A DNA stretch of 64,000 nt from Eledone cirrhosa. Taxonomy: Eukaryota. The notes beneath the pieces are model-generated. The model was not told the DNA's origin and ran no database searches. It worked only from the letters and a program-made list of their open reading frames with translations. Shown in pieces: positions 14,566 through 30,037 of the stretch (its first letter is position 1; every line of letters starts with the position of its first letter). The translations under genes were made by a program, and so were the position numbers. Location: assembly GCA_964016885.1 (NCBI GenBank), contig OZ024745.1:28582001-28646000 (forward strand). The letters run 5' to 3'.

Positions 14566-14569
<4 letters not shown>
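14101..14569. mobile_element. Retrozyme-like insert with interleaved inverted segments A-B-A'-B'
   Basis: A 14101-14178 vs A' 14293-14371; B 14219-14293 vs B' 14477-14569; ends in (TA)n. Confidence 0.8.
14360..14401 (+). ncRNA. Minimal type I hammerhead ribozyme
   Basis: GGCU-CUGAUGA-AUGCU aacc AGCGU-GAAA-CAGACUG-UC-AGCU; GUC at 14395-14397; near-palindromic stem III. Confidence 0.8.
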
Positions 14570-14624
<55 letters not shown>

Positions 14625-14763
14625 GTGGAACACTGGAAGGTAATATCCGTAGTGGTAGAGCACTGAGTGGTAGGGACGAGTTAGGTAGAAGTGGTTACAC
14701 AACAGTTAGTTCACCATACCGAGAACAATTGTTTCACCTTCGCGGATCATATATATATATATA

Positions 14764-15045
14764 GGTCATACTACCAATAAACACGTATGGACTAGTTGAG
14801 CTTCACTTCAGTGATTATTATTAATCAGGCAGCTTATCCATCTATTGGTTGGTTAATCAACCAATCACCTCATTAATTAATTAATTATAAAGCTCTTTCA
14901 TCAGACAGACTGTTTACCATATCACTGTTAAATGAGAAAAATTGAAATAGAATTCAACTCCCACACACATTTGGTGGCATGACCCTCCCAAAGTATAATG
15001 ATATATGTTTGAACACACGATTTCACATCAAGAATCCTGTAAAGC
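14764..15045. mobile_element. Decayed Penelope-like family B insert with inverted parts
   Basis: CATGACCCTCCCAAAGTATAATGATA..TTTCACATCAAGAATC matches the reverse complement of ~54620-54690; AAGCTCTTTC remnant. Confidence 0.6.
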
Positions 15046-15312
15046 AAGCGGAAAAGCGGAGTATAAATATATGTACATATCTAATATGTAGGTATGTAAA
15101 CATCGCAGAAAATACGAATTTCCCTGTAAATCGGGAACATGAGAATGGGATTGGCTCAGTGCACAGTCTCTCCACACTTTAAAAAATATCTTCACGCACA
15201 GACATTGCACGATAGAATTAATTAATAATTATTAATAATGGTATATCATGCAATGACCATACTCGATAACGAGAGGGCAGCCATCATGTATGTATATATG
15301 TATGTATGTATG

Positions 15313-15344
<32 letters not shown>

Positions 15345-15474
15345 CCAATGAATTTTAAAATGTCTAACTTTCCCAATTTCTTTTTAAACCTATGTATATA
15401 TTTATATTTCCAGTCAACCGTTAAGACCTATAATTAGGCGATGAAAAGTTGGTCGCTTTGATGTAACAGTTATC

Positions 15475-15516
<42 letters not shown>

Positions 15517-15685
15517 AAAATAAACTATCGCAGCGGAGGGTATATTGAAATTTTTAGAAATGTAGAAATCTCATACGCAGAAAATAATCGTAACTACAGT
15601 CGATTGCTAAATAATAATTTAGAAAATCTGAGAAAATACTTCTGCCGCTAAGCAGTATCAAATTCGGTACCACACACACACACAC

Positions 15686-15721
<36 letters not shown>

Positions 15722-15722
15722 G

Positions 15723-15862
<140 letters not shown>

Positions 15863-16803
15863 AAGAATTATTACATTGGACTAGGATGGTGGATTGGCAG
15901 AATCAATAAAGCGTCGAACAAATTGTTTTGTAGCATTTAGTTAGATTGTGAGTTCAAGTCCCACTGAGGTCAAATATCCCTTTAATCTTTCCGCGGTTGA
16001 TAAAACAAAATTGCTAGTCGAGAACTGGGGTTAATTTACCAACTCTGCCGTTGCTTCAAATTTGCGAGTTTTGTGCCTAAATTAGAAATCATTTTTACAC
16101 TGGATCAGGGCAATGGATTGGCAGAATCGCTAGATTGAAGAACAAATTTGTTCCTGCTTTTTAGGTTCTCATTTCAAATTCCCTCCAATGTCAACATTGC
16201 CGTTCACCCTTCCTAAGTTGATAAAAACTGAAATATTAATCAAGGACTAAAATCGATATAATCAACTTTTCTCAACCTCTAAATTGCTGGCCTCGTGCTT
16301 AAATTAGCAACCCTTATTTCACTGGATTTTTTTCTTCTTTCTCATTTCTTTATTGGGCTTCATCTTAAGTGGTAGAAATAAGATGAAAGAAGTCAAAATG
16401 ACCTGTGACCTGCAACATGTGACCTATGACCTCTGCCAAGATCAAAAGTTCACAAGCTAAACCACAAAATACAATAACAACAACAGTAATATGAATAATT
16501 AATGTGTGTATGGAAGGGTAATAAAACAGGATTGAAAAGTCAAAGGGGTTCGTTGTGGAGGGAGGGTGTATTATTTTATGTCCATCAGAAGTTCCTGGTT
16601 ATTTATTACTTATGAATGTCTCATTAGAGTGATGGGTATGATGAGGTGGGTGATGGCAGGTAGGTGTTAGTGGAGGTGGACAGATGTGGAGGGCAAGGGA
16701 TATTTTCTTGCACGACATTAAGAACTTATAGGAACGGTAAGATAGACATATATGTATCTATGTATGTATGTTCTTCTGGTTTTATTATTTTATTAATTTT
16801 CAA

Positions 16804-17205
16804 GGGCGGTAGATTGGCAGTATCGGTAGAGGGTCGGGCGCCATGTTAGGGCGGTAGATTGGCAGTATCGGTAGAGGGTCGGGCGCCATGTTAGGGCGGT
16901 AGATTGGCAGTATCGGTAGAGGGTCGGGCGCCATGTTAGGGCGGTAGATTGGCAGTATCGGTAGAGGGTCGGACGCCATGTTAGGGCGGTAGATTGGCAG
17001 TATCGGTAGAGGGTCGGACGCCATGTTAGGGTGGTAGATTGGCAGTATCGGTAGAGGGTCGGACGCCATGTTAGGGTGGTAGATTGGCAGTATCGGTAGA
17101 GGGTCGGACGCCATGTTAGGGCGGTAGATTGGCAGTATCGGTAGAGGGTCGGACGCCATGTTAGGGTGGTAGATTGGCAGTATCGGTAGAGGGTCGGACG
17201 CCATG
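16804..17205 (+). repeat. 45-bp tandem repeat x9 derived from the family 2 SINE head
   Basis: Unit GGGCGGTAGATTGGCAGTATCGGTAGAGGGTCGGACGCCATGTTA matches the 5' ends of the SINEs at 17267 and 62200. Confidence 0.92.
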
Positions 17206-17266
17206 CTTTGCTGCAAAATTGCTGGCTTTGTGTCTATATAAGAAACCATTATTTTATCAATTTTCA

Positions 17267-17460
17267 AGGGCGGTGATTTGGCAGTATCGGTAGACAGTCG
17301 GACGCCATGTTTAGCAGCATAGAGTTACGGCCCTTTACGGTCTGAGTTCAAATCCCGCCGAAATTAACTTTGCCTTTCATCCTTTCGGGGTCGATATAAT
17401 AAAGTACCAGTAATGCACTGGGATAATTGCTGACCTTGTGCCAAAAGTAGAAACAATTAT
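17267..17460 (+). mobile_element. SINE, family 2 (near full length)
   Basis: TGGCAGTATCGG A-box-like, GAGTTCAAATCCC B-box, GGGGTCGAT..GTACCAG body. Confidence 0.8.
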
Positions 17461-17715
17461 TTTATTAATTTTCACCAATAGAAAGTCGGTTTCTAACATA
17501 GAAACAAGACTCGTTCATTGGAATTTAGACACCTACTAGGTAAATACGTGTGTGTGTGTGCGCGCGCAGGTATGGGTGTTGTTGCATGTGTGGATCTGTA
17601 TGTTTTGAGTTATATGTGTACACATGTATGTTTCTGTATCTATACATCAGTTATTATATGTTGGATTTCTGAAATGTTTGACATATTTTTACAGTTCGAT
17701 TAATTGACTGTACTT

Positions 17716-17798
<83 letters not shown>

Positions 17799-18545
17799 GG
17801 GAAGTAAGGTTCTATACAAAACAGTGGATATAGAGAAAAGGTGAAGTTGGAAATATATATATATATCAGGATAGAACCAGTTTGAAACTAGTTAGACCAT
17901 TACTCAACAGCGTACTCGATACTTGGGGTAGCTGTTGAAACGGCAAGAGTTCAGCCGTCGGGTCCCGGCTCTTTATAATATATATACTATGCTTTCTTAT
18001 TTAGGCACAAGGCCAGCAAATTTTAGAGAATGGTCAGAGTTGATAAATTCAAGGTCAGTACTTAATGGTATTTTATTCTATCGATCCTGGAAGAATGAAA
18101 AGCAAAGTTGACCTCGGCATGATTTGATCTTATCTATGTATATAGATTTAAACCATACCTCTTCAACTTCATATACATCAGACACTTTTTTTAATTTTAT
18201 TTTCTTACTAAAAACAAAATTAATAATAAAACGTGCACTGTAGCCATTAACTTTACTCTCTTATCTTAATTTTTTTTAAAGTTACTCTCTTATCTTAATT
18301 TTAAAAAAGTTCCTAAATCGCTCAACGCTTCTAAAAGTAGATTGTTTGCTTACATTTAAATTTCTGGGTGATTGATAAAGCTTAAAATACGGAAAGGAGT
18401 TGTTAGCCACGGTAACACATCCTTATGATATATGGATGTGTGGGCTCGTGTACCACAGATAACGTTGTTCACCTTTTTTCCTTTCGTTTCCAAGGTTTAC
18501 ATACCCTACTTATTAGACTTTCGTTGTAGCCATTAACTTTACTCT

Positions 18546-18635
<90 letters not shown>

Positions 18636-19073
18636 GGAGGTTATCTCCCTTGCTGAATTACATGTGCGTTCTTTCAACCTGGGTTATGCCTTTTCATTCG
18701 TTCGGACAAAAGCTCGTTGAGGAAGTAAATTCCGGTCCGCTGGCTTCCAGAAGTCTTATATATTTTTATTTGGGCTGATAGAGGGCAGTTTAAGGATTTA
18801 CAGAAACCCAAGAAGCTAGATTTACCATCTTTCTAGCGGGTCCGGGTATGCTTTTTACATTCATTTGATTTATTGATATTTTATCTGAGTGTCCCGAATC
18901 TTCCATATCGCAATTTTTCGGTCGTATGGTTGATTGTAGACATGTTCTATGTGTGACGGTATTTTAACGATAGTTATAGCTCTGATTTATCTGAATTATT
19001 GAGCCCTCTGCCGCTCATTTCGAATTTTGTTTATCGTGAACTCGTGCGCCGATTTTTCGATACTCGCTTATTC

Positions 19074-19191
<118 letters not shown>

Positions 19192-19251
19192 CATTTGTAC
19201 TGCCTCTTCGCTTCCACGTTCTTTTGTTTTACTGTCTCAACTTAAAAACCT

Positions 19252-19341
<90 letters not shown>

Positions 19342-19390
19342 ATAAGAAAATGCGAAGTAGTTTCAGATGTTAAAGTCCTTTATTGATAAG

Positions 19391-19465
19391 GCTGTGATGC
19401 ATATTTCGATGACGACAGTAGCCACCTGATTCCGCGTATCCAGTGCCATGACATCATCAGACAGC
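19391..19465 (-). ncRNA. Type I hammerhead candidate with a long imperfect stem II
   Basis: Minus strand GCUGU-CUGAUGA-..-GAAA-UAUGCA-UC-ACAGC; 5-bp stem I; palindromic AUGCAU; between (AG)n and (CA)n. Confidence 0.68.
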
Positions 19466-19511
19466 TTCTTACATAATAAGGTTACGTTCCCGAGGCAATC
19501 CAAATTGAAAC

Positions 19512-19640
<129 letters not shown>

Positions 19641-19761
19641 ATAATAATAAATTTAATATTTAATATATATTATATAAATTTAATATATAATATATAATAA
19701 TAAATATATATATATATATATAATATATAAGAACAAAAGATGGTTAAAAGAGTTCCATGTA

Positions 19762-19826
19762 TTTTATTATGCGCATTTCAAAAACAAATATCATCATGCA
19801 ATAATATTTGTTTTCATCAGATAAAA
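19762..19826 (-). ncRNA. Type I hammerhead ribozyme (left palindrome arm)
   Basis: Reverse complement of 19949-20015; core intact. Confidence 0.82.
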
Positions 19827-19948
19827 CAGGAAGACATGATATGAAGGTTAAAAAACACTTGTGGATAGTGCAGTTTTAAATCAACATATGTTGATTTAAA
19901 ACTGCACTATCCACAAGTGTTATTTAACCTTCATATCATGTCTTCCTG

Positions 19949-20015
19949 TTTTATCTGATGAAAACACAAATATTATTGCATGATGATATTTGTTTTTGAA
20001 ATGCGCATAATAAAA
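19949..20015 (+). ncRNA. Type I hammerhead ribozyme (right palindrome arm)
   Basis: UUUUAU-CUGAUGA-long stem II (ACAAAUAUUAU/AUGAUAUUUGU)-GAAA-UGCGCA-UA-AUAAAA; palindromic stem III; AUA site ending at 20009. Confidence 0.85.
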
Positions 20016-20138
20016 TACATGGAACTCTTTTAACCATCTTTTGTTCTTATATATTATGTATACTCCAGTCCTACAAACTGTAGAGTGCTTCTTATCCGAT
20101 ATCTGCATTGCTTTATTGTACTACAATAAAACTCACCT

Positions 20139-20207
<69 letters not shown>

Positions 20208-20640
20208 ATAAAATGTAGTTTGCTTAAAGCATTGTGTATAATATATAATGTGGAAAGTGATATATGTAAGAAGGCTAAACAATGTAAAATGGACGGTATG
20301 ATGAAGTCAACGAAAGAGTTAGTTGCCTTGTAATGCTTTTTTTTTTTGTTTTGTTTTTGTTATTTCTTTCGTCCTAATATTTCGTGACTTGAAATTCTCT
20401 TCGACGGAGAAAGTTTATTTTTCTGAGTGTTCTATACTCTGAAACGGGGATTTGAAGTCCCGAAATATTACATATATCAATTTTCACATTCTTGACTTTT
20501 TTTTTTAATTGAGTTTGAATTATTTCCCCATATCTTACGTTAAATATTTTCCATCTTGACGTTATAGTCACTTATATATTATGAAATACTGTTGGCTTCT
20601 TGCTCACATTAATTTCTCTATTTTCATATATATATGTGTG

Positions 20641-20740
<100 letters not shown>

Positions 20741-21349
20741 CGCGTGCGCGTGTGTGTGTGTGTGTGTGCGTGTGTGTGTACATATAACAGAATGGAATCT
20801 GTTTGGTTGTAAGAACAATCCATGGGCAATGTTCCGATGGATTCCTAGAGTAACGTTGGTAGTATTTCCATATATTGCCAGAGCAATCCTTAGGCAATAC
20901 TATGATCGTTTGTTAGACCAATATTGCCAGTGTTCCGATTGCTAGAAGAATCGTTTGTCAGTGGTAAAGCAATCCGATGAAGAAGAAGAAGAAGAAGAAG
21001 AAGAAGAAGAAGAAGAAGAAGAAGAAGAAGAATTGAAATACCTTCTAATATAGATGAACGTGTATTATTGAAGAAATATATTGAATTGTACTTCTCACTC
21101 GAACGAGTTAATCGATAATAGCTGCAATGCTTCATTGCTAACAATCTTTCGTTTCATTCAAACAACTGAAAGTATTTTAAAAAAACATTTTTTGTGTTGA
21201 AATTCGTCCTTCAAATCTACATCAAAAGTAAAAGTATTTGATTATTTCTACGTGGATGCGCATGAATAAGTGGTTCGTATGTTCGGCTATGATCGTAAGG
21301 TTGTAGTTTCGATTCCAGTACTGGACAGGGCGTTGCTCTATTTCAGTTC

Positions 21350-23420
<2,071 letters not shown>

Positions 23421-23922
23421 CAATTTACACTGCACTTATAATTGTCATGTATTACTCACAAACAATCGAACACATGCACACACTCACACCTATATCACAT
23501 CATACTCTATTAGCTTTTCACCAGCTAAACCATATTTCAACGCTCGACATGAGTCGCTTCCTCTTGACTAAGTAGTTGACATCATTTTCTAGTTACGTCC
23601 CCTTTTCACACGGGATCTCACCACAAAATCTCGTTCAGACATTTTGTTTCTGTGCCTGATGAAAAGATAGCGAACGTCTCCAGCATATGCATTCCGAGCC
23701 GTGCTTTTACAGTCTGCATTTGTACTTCACGTCTATGCCTTGAAACCTAAGGAAGCATGATACATATTTCGTGTATGAATCTTAAGAAATGTTTCTACTT
23801 TTGGCACAAGGCCAGCAATTTGAAGGGCAGGAGTAAGTCGATGAAATCGACCCCGGTGCGTTACTGGTGTTTTACTTTATTGACACTCGAAAGATGGAAG
23901 GCAAAGTTGATCTCGATAGGAT

Positions 23923-24014
<92 letters not shown>

Positions 24015-25025
24015 GAATAAGCAAACTATGAAAGCACTGAATTTGTGTAAAGAATTGTTGAATATAGATATGTATTACACTGACAGTGGTGTCAGTTAGG
24101 TACAATTGTTTCTCTGGCTGTTTATTTCAGATTTTCACTGTGACAGGTTCCAGATCTTCAGCCTATTTAAACTTCATTGATAATTATGTTCTTTCCCTTC
24201 AAGCGTGAAAGAGTGCCAAAAGAGCAAGAACTATACAGGGAGTGGGTGTTGTAGCTATACAGAATGGTAAAATAAAAGAAGTGAGGTAATTTGGTAGGTA
24301 AATACAGTCTTTGGAAATAAAAGGGCGCAAACTGTTAGAGAAGAAAAAGAAGCAATATTAATGACTGGATATGTAGAGGAAGGTCCATGTGGGTAATATC
24401 AGTGGTTTGCGCGTGATATCCGTAGCACTTAGAATTCTTTCTTTTAATCCGGCAAGAGCAAGAATTTCCAGAGACTGTACCCAAAATACACATTATTTCA
24501 TAGCTGTTATTATTGAAGCTACATGATAATTACCAAACCACTGCACCCAAGTATGACTGAGCATGGATTCTTGGAGAAAGAATGTACTCTCTGAGCCCAA
24601 ATAATAGGGAGGTTGGAATAAGTGGAGGGAGGGGTTGGAAAATCGATAATTTTTTTCTCGCTTGTCTCCTTGATTTTTTAAAACCAGAATTAATCGTTAA
24701 GTTTACATATTGAGACCCAAACCATCCTATTATTTTGTAACGTATAAGATTTCTTGTAATGTCCTTCTTTGTCATGTATAATTTACTTTAGGAAATTAAT
24801 CATCATAAGAATGCTACCATTTAAAATAAAATTTAGCCGGAGATAGATCAGCAAAATTTAATAAGCGGTGTGTGGGGGAAGTCTGCAAAACAATCTTAAG
24901 ATCCAAAGGATGAATGATAGCATAAGGGACGAGGGAAATTTCCTTTTCTTTACAATCTTGCCTCCGGAAAGGTGGCCAGTCAAAAATAAACTTGAAATTA
25001 AGAAGAGAGAAACATACATACATAC

Positions 25026-25436
25026 ATGGTGGCTGCCAACTCGTTTTCGAGTACGGCCACTACTTTATATCCATGTAGGAGAACCCCTACCGATGCGCTG
25101 AACGAGTGTGACTTTTTAGTCCAGCCAGCGACTTGAAAACTCTGGTACAAACACTACACTTGTGACAATTACTGACACACAGTGCTGGGCCCATGGTACC
25201 ATGTGACGACAAGGGCAGAGAGATCTCCAGATATAAAGCAATGCCTGTGCCGTGAAGCTTTTATAGTGAGCAAAGGCACTGCACAAAGCCAGTCCCACTC
25301 TTTTAACCAAGATGATATTTACCAAAAAGAAGAACAAGTCAACATCATTGGATACCATCAGGGTTACAGGTGTTATATCAGAGTTTTCCTTCTTCTAGAA
25401 TTTTGCCTTGACAAAGGCTAAGGGGTCATCTCTCCC
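25026..25436 (-). mobile_element. 5'-truncated copy of a bipartite RTE-derived element
   Basis: Near-identical reverse complement of 30606-31016; flanked by (ATAC)n. Confidence 0.85.
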
Positions 25437-25519
25437 ATACATACATACATACATACATACATACATACATACATACAAACCTTGTTGTACACATTCGTGT
25501 ATGTGTGTAAGTATATGTA

Positions 25520-25631
<112 letters not shown>

Positions 25632-26066
25632 CTTACACATATACACATACAGGAACACACACTATCATCAACGAACATTGGCAAAGCCAGCAAAAAGAGA
25701 TAAGACAGTGTTGGGAAGCGCAGTAGGCGTGGTTATCAGGTCATATGAGCATCAATCATAGATGATTGACAGCTACTTTACTAAAACGGCGGCAAACATC
25801 AGAGGTTAGCTTAGCCACGCCTCTTCCTTCTGATCACTTTACAAAATGATGTAGGTGGTCATTGCATGTGTGTATGTGTACACGCGTGTATGTGTACACG
25901 TGTGTATGTGTGTGTGTGTGTGTGTGTCACAGTAGTATATGTCTGTATGCCTATTTATGTGTGTGTATACAAATATGTATATATATAGAGAGAGGCATAC
26001 AGACACACACTGCGGTACGTATACACACGCACACATACACGCATACATATATATATATTTATTATT

Positions 26067-26104
<38 letters not shown>

Positions 26105-26278
26105 TCCGTATGTATATGTATATGTGTGTATTTGCTTAAGGCTAACGACGTACCACTAGGTGACAATCGACATGCTAGAAATAGCTGAGAAATGAGACTC
26201 AATAACAAACATAAGATTGTCGTGGGTGGGATAGCATTGATGAAAGGTCGACTGATGAACCAACACTGACTTGGAGCT

Positions 26279-26800
26279 AAACAACAACAACAACAACACT
26301 GTCACCAACAACAACAACAACAGCAGCAGCAGCAGTAGCAACAACAACACCAACAGCAGCAGCAGTAGCAACACCAACACAAACAACATCAACAACAACA
26401 CCACTACCAGCAACAGCAACAACAATAACACCAACAGCAACAACAACAACAACAACAGCAACAGCAACAACAACACCAGTAACAACAACAACACCAGTAA
26501 CAACAACAACAATAACACCAACAACAACAACAATAACAACAACAACACCAGTAACAACAACGACAGCAGCAGCAACAACGACAACAACAGCAGCAGCAAC
26601 AACAGCAACAGTAGCAGCAACAACAACACCAACAATAGCACTAACAACAACAGCAACAACAACAGCAACAACAACAGCAGTAGCAGCAACAACAACACCA
26701 ACAATAGCACCAACAACAGCAACAACAACACCAACAATAGCACCAACAACAGCAACAACAACACCAACAGTAGCACCAACAACACCAACAACAACAACAC
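26279..26800. repeat. (AAC/AGC)n degenerate trinucleotide array
   Basis: Direct. Confidence 0.95.
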
Positions 26801-27427
26801 GTTGTGTAAGTGAAGCCAGAGTACACAGTTCAAATCAAGCACGACATCTGAAATTCCTTTCCTTGTTAGTTAATGGTTCATGTGATCGGCTCACAACCTC
26901 GCGGTCGTGAGTTCGATTCCCGGACGACCGGGCGGTATGCCGTGTCCTAGAACTAGACGTTGCTCCAGACCATTCAACTGACAACAGCAAAAATTAGTTT
27001 TACCTGTAATTACCTGTAATTCTAAAGACCATCTTTATCATACATTGTGTCATACAGAATCCCCATAAAAACTAGATTAAGGGTACACGTGCCTATTGAA
27101 TATTCATTTTACTGTGATTGACTGTAACAGTAATTCAAAGTCTAGCCGTGTCACATATCGTATCATGTTGAATCTCCCTGAGAACAATCTTAAGAGTGTT
27201 CACTCTACATAGTAATACAAGATTGACTTTAACAGTAATTTAATGCCCAGCTGTGTCACATATCGTGTCATGCTGAATCTTCCTGAGAACAATTTTAAGA
27301 CAACACATTTGTATGGAATGCTCAGCCACTGGCTGTTCTGTTCATCTAACAACTGGAAACTCATTGTCGTGACTGATGTGTCTAACATTCTCACCGTGAC
27401 TGCTTTACATATTCATAGTGAGACTTA

Positions 27428-27628
27428 TTTATTGTACACAAACATTTCATATACGAGGGTCAGCTGAAAGGTTCATAGGCTAACTATGAAGGATTGATGT
27501 TAGAGCTGTGAAATCTTGCATGCATTAATTTCAACTCTTCTTATTAATAACTGCATTGTTTCTTTCTATGGGCTACGTTAAAAAGTAAACTTCATTTGGT
27601 CATTCCATGAGAGTATCTTGGTCAGCCA
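27428..27628 (+). mobile_element. Mariner-like MITE fragment with flank
   Basis: TA-CGAGGGTCAGCTGAAAGGTTCATAGGCT terminus; inverted homologue at 31088-31286. Confidence 0.65.
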
Positions 27629-28329
27629 TGGAGAAATATAAGACCCTCATAGAACTGGACATAAAAGGAATTTGCCCATTATACAGGAGCAAATCATGGA
27701 ATAGTTTAGATAGAGCTAGACATAAGATAGGGAAAGCCACCTCATGGTACGACAACCAGAGATACCAGAGTGTCATGTTTGTGGACGCTACCCCTGGAGG
27801 GAAATTAGCTAACCAGTGTAGAAAGGCCCTGAGAAAGACCCACTTAAAGATTAAGGTGGTAGAAAAGCCAGGAACCACCATAAAATCCCTGATCATCAAA
27901 ACCTACCCTTTTAAGAAAACCCACTGTACTAATAGGAAATATATCATATGTAAGGTAAACCCCCGGATAAACTGTAAAACTAGAAACGTAGTCTATAGCA
28001 TAAAATGTACAGAGGGTACTTGCAGAAACATGACAACAACATACATAGGCGAGACAGCTCGTAGCATAGGTGAAAGGATAGACCAACACTGGGGGGAACT
28101 AAAAGGACGAAAAAACGGTTCAGTACTATACGAACATGCCAGACAACAACACGACGGTAACATAGACAACATAGAAATTAGAATAATATCTAAACATAGG
28201 AATGACCCAGCAGATAGGCAAATCAGAGAGGCCAGTGAAATAGAACTTAGAAGGTCAAGGCTAAACAGAAAAAATGAATGGAATAACAACAACACCCAAA
28301 CAAACAACACTGACCTAAGAGAAGTATAA
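27628..28329 (+). pseudogene. Penelope-like ORF C-terminus: Cys/His motifs and GIY-YIG endonuclease; RT missing
   Basis: CKTRNVVYSIKC..C..YIGETARSIGERIDQH..SVLYEH..H..RQIREASEI..LNRKNEW; the first 7 codons of the tracked ORF come from the adjacent MITE. Confidence 0.88.
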
Positions 28330-28800
28330 ATAAATAAATAAATAAATACACAAGCACAATAACAACAAACACATATAAACACACTAGTAAAGATAGAATA
28401 CATTAACCAATACACAGTCACCCAATCACGAACACACATCAAACAAAACACTATACACACACGCAAACGCATGCGCAAAGAAGACAAAATAAAATAAAAT
28501 AAACAAATAAATAAATATATAAACAGACTAAATAAAAATGGCGTAGAAAATACAATGCAACGGGAGGAAACAGATGTGCAACGAAAGAACTTTGATAAAC
28601 TATAAATATGTGTTTGTGTCTATATTGTATCTGTATTTTTGACCGTTGGTCAGTTAATGGCAACATTGAGGACCGAATAAATTAGATTACCGATATAAAA
28701 GACACAGAAGCGAACAGCGAAAACCAACCAAACAGTGAGTGTGTTCTGTTATTAATTCTGGCAATATTACACAAATATGACCCTTCCCCAAGTATACCAA
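27628..28800 (+). mobile_element. 5'-truncated Penelope-like element (linker, GIY-YIG endonuclease, 3' UTR) ending in (TA)n
   Basis: GIY-YIG ORF, then a 3' UTR with a decayed hammerhead half (CGAAAGAACTTTGA at ~28582) and terminus ATGACCCTTCCCCAAGTATACCAA-(TA)n. Confidence 0.88.
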
Positions 28801-29335
28801 TATATATATATATATATATATAATTTCTTGTAAATAAACATTCACTTCCATCCTGACGTCACTAGCCCCGTTTTTTCCTCATGTGCTTTTTCATAAATAC
28901 ACATGAAGGCGAACTAGCCACTTTTAGAATTCCCTTTTTCGGATTATACTACTGTGAGAGCCCTGGTTTCTGTTGAGCTCTGCTGATGAATGAAATCCAA
29001 CTGTGACCATCTCCACTGAAAGTTTTCATGAAATAGTCTTTTAAGACTATACAGAGCATTTGATGTTATTCCAAATTGAAGGATAAGTGTTTCAAACTTT
29101 ATTTTATCATGAGTTAAAGGTCTATAGATTTTTCCCTGGATTTTACTAAATTCTGTGGATGAATTTATATCCTGATTCTCTTTTGAGATGAGTTTGAGTT
29201 ATTTTTCCTAAATCTTTCGTTAACTACTTTTCCCATCTTGACGTTATAGTCGCATATATGTTATAGAATGCCGTTAGCTTCTTGCTAAAACAATCTCTAT
29301 ACCTCTCATTTATATATATATATATATATATATAT

Positions 29336-29414
29336 TACCCACTCTACTACCTCAAGTATTGAGTACTTTGGTGCGTTATGGTCCACCTGGTTCCTTACCA
29401 CATTTCCTTCGTTA
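29336..29414 (+). mobile_element. 3' end fragment of family C, between (TA)n runs
   Basis: Reverse complement of 30034-30112. Confidence 0.7.
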
Positions 29415-29944
29415 TATATATATATATATATATATCTGACATGGCTTTAAAAATGAGGGTTGTTTGCCTAGTTGCAAACGAATCGAATGTTATCGAGGTT
29501 AACTTTGCGTTTCATCCTTACGGGGTCGATAAAATAAAGTACCAGTAATACACTGGGATAATTGCTGGCCTTGTGTCAAAAGTAGAAACAATTATTAATA
29601 TTCGAAAAACTCAGATTGCACTTATATATATATGTATATAGTTGTACGCATAAGGTAAACAAAGAAGACCGCGTGTTGTCCTTCTCCAACGCAACTTTTA
29701 CCCCTCGGAACCTCCTCCCCGTCCTGTTGATGGATGTGAAATCCAAAATATAGGGACTATTAAATCGCTTCCAAGGTAACTTTATCTCGTGTTATTTTTT
29801 ATACTTTCCCTGCGTTCTTTTACGCTCTCTACATTTCTGTCTACGCTTCCTCCTACCCCTCCCTCTTTTAATACCAACTGATTTTGTTACCCGGAGATTT
29901 ACCCATCTACATTGTTGAGGCTTCCAAAACGACTATTATATATA

Positions 29945-30003
29945 TCCTGATGATTTCTAATGAATGAAACAGTTCTAGTCCTGTAGAATCTCATCTATAT
30001 TAA

Positions 30004-30006
<3 letters not shown>
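29945..30006 (+). ncRNA. Family A hammerhead core inserted between (TA)n runs
   Basis: CUGAUGA 29947-29953, GAAA 29966-29969, CAG/CUG stem III, GUA 29983-29985; stem I truncated. Confidence 0.7.

Positions 30007-30033
<27 letters not shown>

Positions 30034-30037
<4 letters not shown>

Larger units (their letters stand above)
19720..20140. mobile_element. Spacer-less ~338-bp palindromic insert plus 83-nt tail, within (TA)n
   Basis: Centre CAACAT|ATGTTG at 19887/19888; arms 19720-19887 and 19888-20057 differ by about one substitution and a 2-bp indel. Confidence 0.92.

Noticed and set aside
23651-23760. CUGAUGA..GAAA-CC uaa GG with UGUGC/GCAUG stem I
   Set aside because: The essential U of NUH is absent and stem II is unclear; at best a dead hammerhead
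24170-24960. Possible LINE coding remnant
   Set aside because: Looks like decayed coding sequence, but no diagnostic motif was identified with confidence
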